NCBI GenBank assembly: GCA_963714415.1
Contig: CAVQOL010000014.1
Coordinates: 10,223-74,222 of the forward strand
From: an uncultured Ignavibacteriaceae bacterium
Lineage (GTDB): Bacteria; Bacteroidota; Ignavibacteria; Ignavibacteriales; Ignavibacteriaceae
Reading direction: 5' to 3'
Length of the DNA: 64,000 bases
Shown: one piece after another, positions 33,178-43,552 of the stretch
How positions within the stretch are numbered: position 1 is the stretch's first letter
Layout: each line of letters opens with the position of its first letter
Translations under genes and position numbers: made by a program
Notes under the pieces: generated by a model
Seen by the model: the letters and a program-made list of their open reading frames with translations, nothing else
What the model was told of the DNA's origin: nothing
Database searches by the model: none

Positions 33178-34161
33178 TTGGACATATCAGCTCTAAACGA
33201 ACGAATAAAAAATGAAAGTGCTTTTATCGATCTTTTAATGAACGAGATTGGTAAAGTTATTGTTGGTCAAAAAGCTATGGTTGAAAGACTAGTTATCGGT
33301 CTTCTTGGTAACGGGCATATTCTTCTTGAGGGTGTTCCGGGGCTGGCAAAAACTCTTGCAATAAAAACTTTAGCCGCAGCTATGAAATCAAAATTTCAGC
33401 GTATCCAGTTTACTCCGGATTTATTACCTGCAGATTTAATAGGCACTCAAATCTATAATCAAAAAGATGGAAACTTTTTTATTCGTAAAGGTCCCATCTT
33501 TTCAAATTTTATTCTTGCAGATGAAATAAACCGTTCTCCTGCTAAAGTACAAAGTGCTTTACTCGAAGCAATGCAGGAAAGACAGGTAACAATTGGAGAA
33601 CATACATTTAAGCTTGATGAACCTTTTCTTGTTCTTGCAACTCAAAATCCAATTGAACAGGAAGGAACTTATCCGCTTCCTGAAGCGCAGGTTGACAGAT
33701 TTATGCTTAAGGTAAAAATAACTTATCCGGCGCGTAATGAAGAGCTTTTAATTATGCGTAAGAATATGAGTATAGACAATCTTACGGTTAATCCTGTCAT
33801 TTCGTCTAATGATATTCTTAAAGCAAGAAATCTTGTTCACGATATTTACCTTGATGAAAAAATTGAAAAGTATATTCTTGATATTGTTTTTGCAACAAGG
33901 TCTCCTAAAAATTTCGGTTTAAATAAACTAACCGAATTAATCAATTACGGAGCTTCACCGCGTGCTACAATTAATTTAGCAATCGGAGCAAAAGCAATGG
34001 CGTTCATAAAACGTAGAGGATATGTTATTCCTGAGGATGTGCGTGCTATTTGTATGGATGTTCTGCGCCATAGAATTGCTGTTACTTATGAAGCTGAAGC
34101 TGAAGAAATAACTTCTGAAAATGTTATTCACGAAATTCTTAATAAAGTTGAAGTACCGTAA
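33178..34161 (+). CDS. MoxR-family AAA+ ATPase
   Basis: VGQKAMVERLVIGLLGNGHILLEGVPGLAKT (Walker A), ILADEINR (Walker B) and ATQNPIEQEGTYPLPEAQVDRF. TTG start. Confidence 0.92.
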   Translation: MDISALNERIKNESAFIDLLMNEIGKVIVGQKAMVERLVIGLLGNGHILLEGVPGLAKTLAIKTLAAAMKSKFQRIQFTPDLLPADLIGTQIYNQKDGNFFIRKGPIFSNFILADEINRSPAKVQSALLEAMQERQVTIGEHTFKLDEPFLVLATQNPIEQEGTYPLPEAQVDRFMLKVKITYPARNEELLIMRKNMSIDNLTVNPVISSNDILKARNLVHDIYLDEKIEKYILDIVFATRSPKNFGLNKLTELINYGASPRATINLAIGAKAMAFIKRRGYVIPEDVRAICMDVLRHRIAVTYEAEAEEITSENVIHEILNKVEVP

Positions 34162-34167
34162 ATCCTG

Positions 34168-35043
34168 ATGCTCACAAAAGAATTAATTAAACAAGTCAGA
34201 CAAATTGAAATTAGAACACGAGGACTGGTAAACCAGATCTTCTCAGGTGAATACCATTCAGTTTTCAAAGGAAGAGGAATGGAATTCTCTGAAGTGCGTG
34301 AATACTATTATGGTGATGATATTAGAAACATTGATTGGAATGTTACAGCAAGATTTGGTCATCCCTACATAAAAGTATTCGAAGAAGAACGTGAACTTAC
34401 TGTTATTTTAATGGTAGATCTCAGCGGTTCATTAATGTTTGGTTCTGTCTCTAAAACAAAACAGAGAGTTGCTGCTGAAATAAGTGCAATACTTGCTTTC
34501 TCTGCATTGAAAAACAATGATAAAGTTGGATTGATCTTATTTACTGATAAAATTGAAAAATTCGTTCCACCCAGAAAAGGTAAGAAACACGTACTCCGAA
34601 TTATTCGGGACGTTCTTTCATTCGAACCACATGGTAAAGCTACAAACATCAAAGGTGCGCTTGAGTATATGCATAATGCGATCAAGAAAAAATCAATTGC
34701 ATTCTTATTATCTGATTTTATGGACGCAGGATATGAAAAGAGTTTAAGAATTGTTGGGAAGAAACACGATCTAATAGGAATTGTTTTAGATGATATTCGT
34801 GAAAGAGAATTACCCAAAATGGGATTGGTAAAATTGAAAGATGCTGAAACCGGTACAGAGAGATGGATTGATACAAGCAATACAAAGGTAAGAAGCGCCT
34901 TAATCTTTTCACAAAGAGAAAAAATTCAGAAAAGAAAGTCTCTTTTTGTTTCAAGCAGATTAGACAGTATTGAAGTGACTACTGGTGAAGATTACGTAAA
35001 ACCCCTCGTCCGATTTTTCAAATTGCGGGAAAGACGATGGTAA
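34168..35043 (+). CDS. DUF58 (vWA-like) protein, MoxR partner
   Basis: FKGRGMEFSEVREYYYGDDIRNIDWNVTAR, then MVDLSGSL. Confidence 0.88.
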   Translation: MLTKELIKQVRQIEIRTRGLVNQIFSGEYHSVFKGRGMEFSEVREYYYGDDIRNIDWNVTARFGHPYIKVFEEERELTVILMVDLSGSLMFGSVSKTKQRVAAEISAILAFSALKNNDKVGLILFTDKIEKFVPPRKGKKHVLRIIRDVLSFEPHGKATNIKGALEYMHNAIKKKSIAFLLSDFMDAGYEKSLRIVGKKHDLIGIVLDDIRERELPKMGLVKLKDAETGTERWIDTSNTKVRSALIFSQREKIQKRKSLFVSSRLDSIEVTTGEDYVKPLVRFFKLRERRW

Positions 35044-35981
35044 GAAATTTCTCTTTGTTTTTGCTATTATTTTTAACGGTTGAAATTCTTCCTCAGAATA
35101 TCTTTGTCGAAGCTTCTGTTGATACTACCGATTATCTTATCGGTGACCGTATTAACTACGCATTGAAAATTACTGCGGATAAAAATGTTTATCCTCTTCG
35201 TCCATACTTCCGAGATAGTTTAACGAATATCGATATTCTTCAGGAACTTGATCCGATAACGTTAGAGACAGAAACAGAAAAAAGTTTTGAATACAAATAC
35301 ATTCTTTCAAGATTTGATTCGGCTGATGTAACACTTCCTGCAATTAAAGTTGAATATCGAATTGAAGGTGACACAACCTTGCAAAGCAGTCTATCGAACT
35401 CCGTAAGCTTTACAGTTCACACATTAAAGATTTCACAGGAAGAAGATATTAAGGATATTAAATCACCTGTCAGAATTCCGTTAAACTGGTGGATGATAGT
35501 ATTGTGGGTTTTTATTGGGCTAATCCTTATCGGAGTTTTGATTTATCTTTATAAAAAATATTTCAAGAAAAAACCGGGCGAGAAAGTTGTTCAGCCAAAA
35601 AAAGTTAAAGTTCCGGCTTATGTTGTTGCATTGTCAAAACTTGAAAAACTCGGCTCAGAGCAACTCTGGCAAAAAGGATTTATAAAAGATTATCATTCAA
35701 AAATCACAGAAATTATACGCGAATATTTTGAAAAAAGATTTAATTTGCCGGCACTCGAAATGACAACAACCGAATCTTTGCAAATGCTTTCAAAACGTCC
35801 CGACGCAACCAACGTAATTGATATTACAAGTAGATTCTTAAGCAATGCGGATTTAGTGAAGTTTGCAAAGTATCAACCGCTTGCACCTGTTAATGAAGAA
35901 ATGATGAAACAGGCAAGAGAAATTGTGAATACAACAATTCCGAAGCAGCAAATTACCGAAGAGGTAAAAGATGTTCGGTAA
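35037..35981 (+). CDS. BatD-like / DUF4381-like single-pass membrane protein (third gene of Bat-type operons)
   Basis: Signal peptide, an Ig-like N-domain, a TM helix (WWMIVLWVFIGLILIGVLIYLY) and a helical tail ending ADLVKFAKYQP. The stop and start overlap with both neighbours. Confidence 0.6.
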   Translation: MVRNFSLFLLLFLTVEILPQNIFVEASVDTTDYLIGDRINYALKITADKNVYPLRPYFRDSLTNIDILQELDPITLETETEKSFEYKYILSRFDSADVTLPAIKVEYRIEGDTTLQSSLSNSVSFTVHTLKISQEEDIKDIKSPVRIPLNWWMIVLWVFIGLILIGVLIYLYKKYFKKKPGEKVVQPKKVKVPAYVVALSKLEKLGSEQLWQKGFIKDYHSKITEIIREYFEKRFNLPALEMTTTESLQMLSKRPDATNVIDITSRFLSNADLVKFAKYQPLAPVNEEMMKQAREIVNTTIPKQQITEEVKDVR

Positions 35982-36966
35982 TGTAACATTTGCATACCCG
36001 TGGGTTTTGTATTTTCTTTCAGTCATTCCCTTGATGATTGCCTGGTATATTTATAAAGGCAGGAAAAATCAAGCATCAATCACATACTCATCTTTTACCA
36101 TAATTGACAAGGTCCCAACGACATGGAGGGAACGACTCAGATATATACCAACAGCACTTCGATTGATAGCTCTCGCTGCTTTAATAGTTGCTTTAGCTCG
36201 TCCGCAGGATTTCTCATCAGGACAAAATGTTTCTGCAGAAGGAATTGATATTGCAATTGTTTTAGATATATCGGGGAGTATGCTCGCAGAAGATTTCAAA
36301 CCAAACAGATTAGACGCTGCAAAGAATCTTACAGACCAATTTATTAAAGAAAGAGTGAGCGATAGAATTGGACTAGTGATTTTTGCACGCGAAGCTTTTA
36401 CTCAATGTCCCTTAACCATTGATTATGCAGTGCTGAGAAATTTATTATCTGATATAAAAAGCGGAATGGTTCCGGATGGAACTGCAATTGGTAATGCAAT
36501 TGCAAATGGTGTAAATAGGCTTAAAGACAGTGATGCCGAAAGCAAAGTAATGATACTTCTTACTGACGGAGTTAATAATGCAGGTGAAGTCGATCCGCTT
36601 TCCGCTGCGGAAATTTCAAGAACTTTTGGAATTAGAATTTATTCAATCGGTGTCGGAACAAGAGGCGAAGCGCCATATCCTGTCAGAACTCCTTTTGGAA
36701 TTAGATACCAGATGATGCCTGTTGAAATTGACGAACCGTTGATGAAAAAAATCTCTGAAACAACAGGCGGACAGTATTTTAGAGCTACAAATAACAAAGC
36801 TCTTCAGGAAATTTATAAAACGATAGACAAAATGGAAAAAACTAAAATTGAAATAACTTCTTACAGAAATGCAAGAGAACTTTATTATGGATGGTTAGGT
36901 GGAGGATTGTTGCTTTTATTTCTTGAACTTGGATTAATAAAAACAATTTTCAGGAAGTTACCGTAA
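35971..36966 (+). CDS. batA: BatA-type vWA-domain membrane protein
   Basis: N-terminal TM, MIDAS DIAIVLDISGSM, LLTDGVNNAG and a C-terminal TM. Confidence 0.85.
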   Translation: MFGNVTFAYPWVLYFLSVIPLMIAWYIYKGRKNQASITYSSFTIIDKVPTTWRERLRYIPTALRLIALAALIVALARPQDFSSGQNVSAEGIDIAIVLDISGSMLAEDFKPNRLDAAKNLTDQFIKERVSDRIGLVIFAREAFTQCPLTIDYAVLRNLLSDIKSGMVPDGTAIGNAIANGVNRLKDSDAESKVMILLTDGVNNAGEVDPLSAAEISRTFGIRIYSIGVGTRGEAPYPVRTPFGIRYQMMPVEIDEPLMKKISETTGGQYFRATNNKALQEIYKTIDKMEKTKIEITSYRNARELYYGWLGGGLLLLFLELGLIKTIFRKLP

Positions 36967-38006
36967 TGTTTCGATTTGCAAATCCGGAATACTTAATTGC
37001 ACTTTGGACAATACCAGTTTTGATTGCCTTGTTTTGGTATCTTACAAATAACAGAAAAAAACTTCTGGAGAAATTTGTTCATAAGGATTTACACAAAGTA
37101 ATAGTCTCGACGTTCAGCGGATATAAAAAAATATTTAAATTTGGTTTGATTTTAATTTCGCTCGGGTTGTTGATAATAGCTGCAGCTAATCCGCAGGTTG
37201 GAACGAAGATGACTGAAGTAAAACAAACCGGAATTGACGTTTATATTTTGCTTGATGTTTCTTACAGTATGATGGCAGAAGATATAAAGCCAGACAGACT
37301 TGAAAAAGCTAAGATGCAGATTTCAAATCTTATTCAGAAGCTTAGAGGAGATAGAATAGGATTAGTTATTTTTTCCGGTGATGCTTATGTCCAAATTCCA
37401 TTAACCACTGATTACTCTGCAGCAAATTTGTTCCTTTCTGCTGTTGATGTAAGTTCGGTTCCACAGCCGGGAACAGCTATTGCTTCTGCAATTAATTTAG
37501 CAACACAATCTTTTGATACATTACAAACCGAAAAAGTAGTTATCATAATTTCTGACGGAGAAGATCACGAAGGAGATTTGAATACAGCAGTGAAAGAAGC
37601 AGTATCAAAAGGAATAAAAATATATACAATCGGGCTAGGTTCACCGGATGGAGCACCGATACCTGTCTATGATTCACGCGGTAGAATGATGGGATTCAAA
37701 AAAGACAGAGGTGGCAATACTGTACTTACAAAGCTTGATGAACAAACATTAAAACAAATTGCTTCTGATGGAAATGGAAAATATTTCCGGGGAACTAACT
37801 ATGATGATTACCTCGACATAATTTATAAAGAACTTTCAGAACTTGAACAAGCAGAATACGGTGTAAAAAAAGTAACTGATTACGAAGACCGCTTTTATTA
37901 TTTTTTATTCCCGGCAATTTTACTTTTAATACTTGAGTTTTTTATTTCGGATAAACGATCATTTTTCTTTACAAGATTGAGTAAAAAATTAGGTCTGGAG
38001 CAATAG
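36966..38006 (+). CDS. batB: BatB-type vWA-domain membrane protein
   Basis: MIDAS DVYILLDVSYSM, IISDGEDHEG and a C-terminal TM. TAATG junction with batA. Confidence 0.85.
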   Translation: MFRFANPEYLIALWTIPVLIALFWYLTNNRKKLLEKFVHKDLHKVIVSTFSGYKKIFKFGLILISLGLLIIAAANPQVGTKMTEVKQTGIDVYILLDVSYSMMAEDIKPDRLEKAKMQISNLIQKLRGDRIGLVIFSGDAYVQIPLTTDYSAANLFLSAVDVSSVPQPGTAIASAINLATQSFDTLQTEKVVIIISDGEDHEGDLNTAVKEAVSKGIKIYTIGLGSPDGAPIPVYDSRGRMMGFKKDRGGNTVLTKLDEQTLKQIASDGNGKYFRGTNYDDYLDIIYKELSELEQAEYGVKKVTDYEDRFYYFLFPAILLLILEFFISDKRSFFFTRLSKKLGLEQ

Positions 38007-38008
38007 TT

Positions 38009-38752
38009 ATGAAATTAAAAAATAATGTCCTACTCATGTTCTCACTCTTACTCGTACTCTCACTCTCGCCGAATAGTATAGCTCAGCCGGATCGAAGTAT
38101 CAATAACAAAGGTGTTGATGAGTTTGAAGCTAAGAATTATTCTGAGGCTGAGGCAAATTTTAAAAAAGGATTAGAAAAAGCTCCTGATAGTTTTGTCACA
38201 AATTTTAATCTGGGTGATGCTCTTTATAAACAGGAAAGATATGATGAAGCAATAAATTCTTTTCAATCTGCATTAGGAAATGCTAATGATGATCTGACAA
38301 AAGCGAAAGTTCACCATAACGTCGGTAACTCATTATTAAAGTCTAATAAGATTAAGGAAAGTATCGAATCGTATAAAACTGCTTTAAAGTATAATCCTGA
38401 TGATTCTGATACAAAGTATAATTTATCTTATGCACTTTCGTTACTGAATAACCAGGATCAGAATCAACAGCAGAATAAGGATCAACAAAATAAGAATGAT
38501 AAAAATCAGCAGGATCAGCAAAACCAGCAAGATCAGAACAAAGATCAAAACAAGGATCAGCAAAATCAACCTCAACCGAAAGATCAGGAAACACAACAGG
38601 ATAATCTGAAACAGCCGCAGCAGCAGGAAGCAAAAATATCAAAAGAAGATGCTGAACGAATACTCGAGGCACTTAAGAACAATGAAAAAGATCTTCAGAA
38701 AGAATTAAGAAAGAAAACCGGCAAACCCGTGAAAACTGAAAAGGATTGGTAA
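38009..38752 (+). CDS. batC: BatC-type TPR protein with a Q/N/D/K low-complexity tail
   Basis: Signal peptide, TPR repeats, then the NQDQNQQQNKDQQNKNDKNQQDQQNQQDQNKDQNKDQQNQPQPKDQ tract. Confidence 0.75.
   Translation: MKLKNNVLLMFSLLLVLSLSPNSIAQPDRSINNKGVDEFEAKNYSEAEANFKKGLEKAPDSFVTNFNLGDALYKQERYDEAINSFQSALGNANDDLTKAKVHHNVGNSLLKSNKIKESIESYKTALKYNPDDSDTKYNLSYALSLLNNQDQNQQQNKDQQNKNDKNQQDQQNQQDQNKDQNKDQQNQPQPKDQETQQDNLKQPQQQEAKISKEDAERILEALKNNEKDLQKELRKKTGKPVKTEKDW
38450..38630 (+). repeat. Imperfect short tandem repeats (CAG/CAA/AAT/GAT/AAG units) inside batC
   Basis: Visible runs of gatcagaa/caacagcag/aatcagcaggatcagcaaaaccagcaagatcag encode the QNDK tract. Confidence 0.6.
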
Positions 38753-40551
38753 TGATAAGGCAATTATTACTCGTATTGTTTTTATTTATCAGTACTAATC
38801 TGCTTGCGCAAAAATTTTATGCAACTGTAAATGAAAATAAAATTGCAGATACTGATCGCTTGCAGGTTACATTTACATACGAAGGAAAAGATATAAACAA
38901 GCTGAAGAATTTCAGTCCGCCTTCTTTCAAAGATTTCAGGATTTTTTCCGGACCTAATCAATCAACTAGTATGCAGATCATAAACGGCGTTGTATCCTCT
39001 TCACTGTCCTATTCATACATTCTTCTTCCAAATACAACAGGTACTTTTAATATAGGCTCAGCATCGATTGAATATGAAGGTGAGAATTTTAAAACTAATC
39101 CTCTCTCTGTAAGCGTTGTTAAAGGAACTGCTAAACCAAAGGAAGAAAAAAACCAATCGGTTTCTAATGAAGAGATTGCTAAAAATTTATTTATAAGAAC
39201 TACTGTTGATAAAAGACGAGCGTATCTTGGTGAACAGGTAACTGTAACTTATAAATTGTATACCCGACTAAATATCGCATCGCAAATGTCGGTAAGCAAA
39301 CTTCCGCAATATCAGGGATTCTGGGCTGAAGAAATTGAAACAAGCCAGAATATTTCTTTTAATACTGAAGTGATAGATGGAAAACAATTCAGTGTTGGTA
39401 TTTTAAAACGTGCTGCATTATTTCCTACTCAAACAGGAAAGCTGGAAGTTACCCCTTTTGAATTGAATGTCCCTGTTCGTCTTCAGAAAAAACGTAATCC
39501 AAATAATATTTGGGATGATTTCTTCGGCGATCCTTTCGGCAGGGGAGAGTCAATTGAATATATGGCAAAATCCAACACTGTAAGAATTGAAGTTCTTCCT
39601 TTACCTGAAAGCGGAAAACCGGAATCATTCAAGGGTGCGGTTGGTAGTTTTGATTTTAATGTCTTCCTTGATAAGAGTGAAACAGTTACAAACGAGCCCA
39701 TTTCTATCAAGATGAGAATAAAAGGAAAGGGGAATATCAAACTTCTTGAAATGCCTTCTTTCGAACTACCAGCAGGCTTTGAAAAATATGATCCCAAAAT
39801 AAATGAACAAATAAATCGCTCGGGAACAATTTCTGGAATGAAAGAAGCCGAATATCTTTTCGTTCCAAGAATTGCAGGAGTAAGAGAAATAAAACCGATT
39901 GAATTTTCCTGTTTCGATCCTGCAAGAAAAAAATATGTTACGTTAAAATCACAACCATTAAAAATAAATATCGAGCAAGGATCAGAACCATACTCTGCTG
40001 ATTATGCAGGCAAAGAAAATATTAGACAGATTGGTGATGACATTAGATTTATAAAAACTTCTTATAATGATATTGAAAAAAGAAAAGGAGTGATGATTTA
40101 TCAACCCTTATTTTGGGCTTCTGTTGCATTACCGTTTTTTGTTTTAGTCGGTTTAATAGGTTGGAAAAAGAAACAGGATAAGCTTTCCGGAAATGTTCAG
40201 TTGTTAAAATATCAGCGGGCACAAAAAGTTGCCCGATCTCGATTCAAGCTTGCTAAAAAATTGATGGAGGGAAGGAAAACGGAACAGTTCTATGCTGAGT
40301 TATCACTTGCATTATTCGGATATCTTGAAGATAAACTGCATATTCCAAAAGCAGATTTTACAGTTGAACTTGCACAAGCTAAACTACGTAAGAGGGGAAT
40401 TAATGAAGAACTCGTCTCAAAAGTTAAATCAAGTGCAGATAAAAGTGAGTTTGTAAGATTTGCTCCGGGTTCTAAGGAAAAAGAATCAATGCAGAAAATG
40501 TATGATGATTTTTCATCAATAATAATTGAAATTGAGAAACGGCTAAGCTGA
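38746..40551 (+). CDS. batD: BatD-type oxygen-tolerance protein
   Basis: 601 aa. Signal peptide, repeated Ig-like segments (FSPPSFKDFRIFSGPNQS..., GTFNIGSASIEYEG), a late TM (LFWASVALPFFVLVGLIGW) and a helical tail ending SEFVRFAPGS. Confidence 0.8.
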   Translation: MVMIRQLLLVLFLFISTNLLAQKFYATVNENKIADTDRLQVTFTYEGKDINKLKNFSPPSFKDFRIFSGPNQSTSMQIINGVVSSSLSYSYILLPNTTGTFNIGSASIEYEGENFKTNPLSVSVVKGTAKPKEEKNQSVSNEEIAKNLFIRTTVDKRRAYLGEQVTVTYKLYTRLNIASQMSVSKLPQYQGFWAEEIETSQNISFNTEVIDGKQFSVGILKRAALFPTQTGKLEVTPFELNVPVRLQKKRNPNNIWDDFFGDPFGRGESIEYMAKSNTVRIEVLPLPESGKPESFKGAVGSFDFNVFLDKSETVTNEPISIKMRIKGKGNIKLLEMPSFELPAGFEKYDPKINEQINRSGTISGMKEAEYLFVPRIAGVREIKPIEFSCFDPARKKYVTLKSQPLKINIEQGSEPYSADYAGKENIRQIGDDIRFIKTSYNDIEKRKGVMIYQPLFWASVALPFFVLVGLIGWKKKQDKLSGNVQLLKYQRAQKVARSRFKLAKKLMEGRKTEQFYAELSLALFGYLEDKLHIPKADFTVELAQAKLRKRGINEELVSKVKSSADKSEFVRFAPGSKEKESMQKMYDDFSSIIIEIEKRLS

Positions 40552-40553
40552 TT

Positions 40554-41312
40554 ATGAAATCACTTAAGTATATCATAATAATATCTTTTATGTTTATCGC
40601 TTCAGCTTCTGCATTAAATATAAACGAAGTAATGACCAAGGCAAATGAATTTTATCGCAGTAACGATTTCGTATCAGCAATAAATGAGTATGAAAAACTA
40701 ATTGGCGAAGGTTATCAAGGGACGTCTTTGTTCTACAATTTGGGTAATGCATATTATAGAATTGGCAAAATAGGTTATGCAATTCTATATTATGAAAAAG
40801 CTTTAAAACTATCCCCGAGTGATGATGATGTGAAACACAATCTTGCTCTTGCTAATATGGGCACGATTGATAAAATAGAGACTCTTCCAAAGTTTTTTCT
40901 TTTTGATTGGTGGGAATCTTTCCTTGCATTCCTCTCTTTGCAAGGTTGGATTATTTTCACTTTAATAGTTTACTTCTTGCTTCTGGCAGCGATTGCTATT
41001 TATTTCTTTGCGGCACATATAGTCCAACAAAGAATCTCTTTCTTTTCAGGCTTAGCCATTTTAATAGTTCTAATAGTATCCGTTTCTGTTGTAACAATAA
41101 AACTTAATCGTGAGAATAAAAGACTTGAAGCTGTGCTTGTCGAAAACACTGTCGTGGTAAAACTCTCACCGGATGAACATGGAAAAGACGGATTTGTAAT
41201 TCACGAAGGACTTAAAATTCTTCTCGAAGATGAAGTTGACAGCTGGAAAAAAATCCGTCTACCTGATGGAAAAGTTGGCTGGATTCCCAGTAAATACATC
41301 AGGCAAATTTAA
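40554..41312 (+). CDS. batE: BatE-type TPR plus SH3-domain membrane protein
   Basis: TPR (YNLGNAYYRIGKIGYAILYYEKALKLSP), two TM helices and a C-terminal SH3-like WKKIRLPDGKVGWIPSKYI. Confidence 0.78.
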   Translation: MKSLKYIIIISFMFIASASALNINEVMTKANEFYRSNDFVSAINEYEKLIGEGYQGTSLFYNLGNAYYRIGKIGYAILYYEKALKLSPSDDDVKHNLALANMGTIDKIETLPKFFLFDWWESFLAFLSLQGWIIFTLIVYFLLLAAIAIYFFAAHIVQQRISFFSGLAILIVLIVSVSVVTIKLNRENKRLEAVLVENTVVVKLSPDEHGKDGFVIHEGLKILLEDEVDSWKKIRLPDGKVGWIPSKYIRQI

Positions 41313-41409
41313 AAATATCTTTGAATTTTTGATTTTAACCACTAAGTATTATTACCTCCTCTTTTACTCCCTCATTGATTCCAAACCTTCATCTTAATAT
41401 CTTTTCACT

Positions 41410-42549
41410 ATGGATTCCAAGAAATACAACAACACAAAACTTGCTTTAAGCATCTTTGAAACAATTGCCGGTTTTATTCTGGTTTATCTTTTTATTGCAT
41501 TAGAGTGGAGTATCAGGTTGGAAGAATATTTGCGGAGTTACACTTCATCTGATTATTTAGTATTTATTTTATTTGTAATATCAGTTGGAGTTGCAGGTTC
41601 AATTATTTTCTTTCCTTTAAGTTTTTACTCGAGCTACATTCTTGAGCATAAATATAAGCTCTCAAACCAGAACTTGTTCAAATATTTTTTTGAAAAGTTA
41701 AAAGGATTACTTGTCTCAACTGTTATCGGATTACCGATTCTCCTTTTATTCTTTTGGGTGTTAAGAGAATTTGGCACAAACTGGTGGCTGCCGTTTGCAA
41801 TATTTATGTTTTTTATATCGGTGGTTCTTTCACAAATCTTTCCGGTATTTATTTTACCAATTTTTTATAAGATAAAACCAATTGAGAATGAATTACTTAA
41901 ACAAAATATAAGCGAGCTTGCAAAAAATGCCGGACTGAAAGTGGAAAATGTCTATTCGTTTGATATAAGCAAAAACACTAAAAAAGCTAATGCGGCTTTT
42001 ACCGGACTTGGAAAAACAAAAAGAATCATTCTCGGCGATACTTTATTAGACAGTTACACTGAAAATGAAATTGAAACTGTTATAGCTCACGAAGTTGGGC
42101 ATTACAAACACAAGCACATTACAAAAAATATTCTTATCGGAACGTTATCAAGTTTCGTTACCTTGTTTCTTATTGCAAAGCTTTATGAATCGTCTTTAGG
42201 CTTGTTTGGTTTTGATTCAATTAAACAGATTGCTGCATTGCCACTATTGACTCTATGGTCAATAATAATCGGCCTAATTACAACTCCAATGGGAAATATT
42301 TTATCAAGAAAATTTGAATATGAAGCTGACAGGTATGCAATTAATGTAACAAGAAAACCAACTAGTTTTATCAACACACTCGAAAAGCTAACAGAACAAA
42401 ATCTTGGCGATAAAGAACCACATCAATTTGTTGAATGGTTTTTTTATAGTCATCCTTCAATTAATAACAGGATTTCTGCAATTAGAAAATTCTCAAATCA
42501 GATGAATATTACTGAAGAGCCAGAAATTCAACCCGGAGAGGTTAATTGA
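41410..42549 (+). CDS. M48-family (Ste24/HtpX-like) zinc metalloprotease
   Basis: Multi-TM N-terminal half, HEVGHYKH (HExxH) and a downstream EYEADRYA. Confidence 0.85.
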   Translation: MDSKKYNNTKLALSIFETIAGFILVYLFIALEWSIRLEEYLRSYTSSDYLVFILFVISVGVAGSIIFFPLSFYSSYILEHKYKLSNQNLFKYFFEKLKGLLVSTVIGLPILLLFFWVLREFGTNWWLPFAIFMFFISVVLSQIFPVFILPIFYKIKPIENELLKQNISELAKNAGLKVENVYSFDISKNTKKANAAFTGLGKTKRIILGDTLLDSYTENEIETVIAHEVGHYKHKHITKNILIGTLSSFVTLFLIAKLYESSLGLFGFDSIKQIAALPLLTLWSIIIGLITTPMGNILSRKFEYEADRYAINVTRKPTSFINTLEKLTEQNLGDKEPHQFVEWFFYSHPSINNRISAIRKFSNQMNITEEPEIQPGEVN

Positions 42550-43250
42550 TTACCTACTTAAAAATATTTTTAATAGTAATTCACACTCTCGTTTGTTCAA
42601 TTTTTGGTTTGATATTCATTTTTATTGATAGAAGTTTTACTCTTTATCATTATATAGCAAAAATTTATCCGGGTGGAATACTTTTAATTTCCGGGATCAA
42701 AATAAAAAGAACCGGACTAGAAAATATTGATAAAAAAGCGACTTATATTTTTGCCTCTAATCATTCTAGTCATCTTGATATCACAGCTTTACAATGGGGA
42801 GTTCCAAATCGACTAAGTATGATATTTAAGAAAGAACTTGTTAAAATTCCTTTTTTCGGTTGGCAGCTATACCTTGGACCTTATGTCGTGGTTGACAGAA
42901 AAGATCCTCAGGCAGCCAGGAAAAGTCTTGAAAAAGCGAAAAGAATTATGGATACGAAAAAAATATCCGTTCTCGTTTTTCCTGAAGGCACAAGAAGCAA
43001 AACTGGTGAAGTACAAAGCTTCAAACGAGGAGCGTTTTATCTGGCTGCAAGAAGCGGTTATCCAATTGTTCCGATTACAATAAATGGAACTGCTAAGATA
43101 CTGCCTAAAGGAACCTTTAAATTAAATAGAGGAACAATCTATCTTCATTTTGATAAACCGATTCCAACTGATGGAATAAAAACTAAACAGGATGAACTTG
43201 AATTAATGGAAAGAGTAAGAAACATTATCATTTCTAATAAAAAGGATTAG
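42546..43250 (+). CDS. plsC: 1-acyl-sn-glycerol-3-phosphate acyltransferase
   Basis: NHSSHLDI (Hx4D) and VFPEGTRS motifs. Confidence 0.88.
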   Translation: MITYLKIFLIVIHTLVCSIFGLIFIFIDRSFTLYHYIAKIYPGGILLISGIKIKRTGLENIDKKATYIFASNHSSHLDITALQWGVPNRLSMIFKKELVKIPFFGWQLYLGPYVVVDRKDPQAARKSLEKAKRIMDTKKISVLVFPEGTRSKTGEVQSFKRGAFYLAARSGYPIVPITINGTAKILPKGTFKLNRGTIYLHFDKPIPTDGIKTKQDELELMERVRNIIISNKKD

Positions 43251-43255
43251 ATGTT

Positions 43256-43552
43256 ATGTCCGTAACTAAAAAAGATGTTGAAAAGATTGCACAGTTAGCA
43301 AGATTGAAATTCAATGATCAGGAACTTGATAGTTTTACAGATGATATGAATCGCATTTTAAGCTATGTCGATAAGTTAAATGAATTAGATACTGAAAATG
43401 TTGAACCACTTTCACATCCGAATGAAGGAGCAAATGTATTTCGTGATGATAAATTGAAAAAATCTATTCCGACTGATGAAGCATTGAAGAATGCACCTGA
43501 TAGAAATGATAAATATTTTAAAGTCCCAAAGGTAATACAGGATAAGTCTTAA
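43256..43552 (+). CDS. gatC: Asp/Glu-tRNA amidotransferase subunit C
   Basis: 98 aa. VEKIAQLARLKFNDQELDSFTDDMNRILSYVDKLNELDTENVEP. Confidence 0.9.
   Translation: MSVTKKDVEKIAQLARLKFNDQELDSFTDDMNRILSYVDKLNELDTENVEPLSHPNEGANVFRDDKLKKSIPTDEALKNAPDRNDKYFKVPKVIQDKS

Noticed and set aside
38450-38630. A possible CRISPR or intergenic tandem repeat.
   Set aside because: The units are 3-9 nt, imperfect, in frame and inside batC. They encode a Q/N/D/K tract. There is no repeat-spacer architecture.
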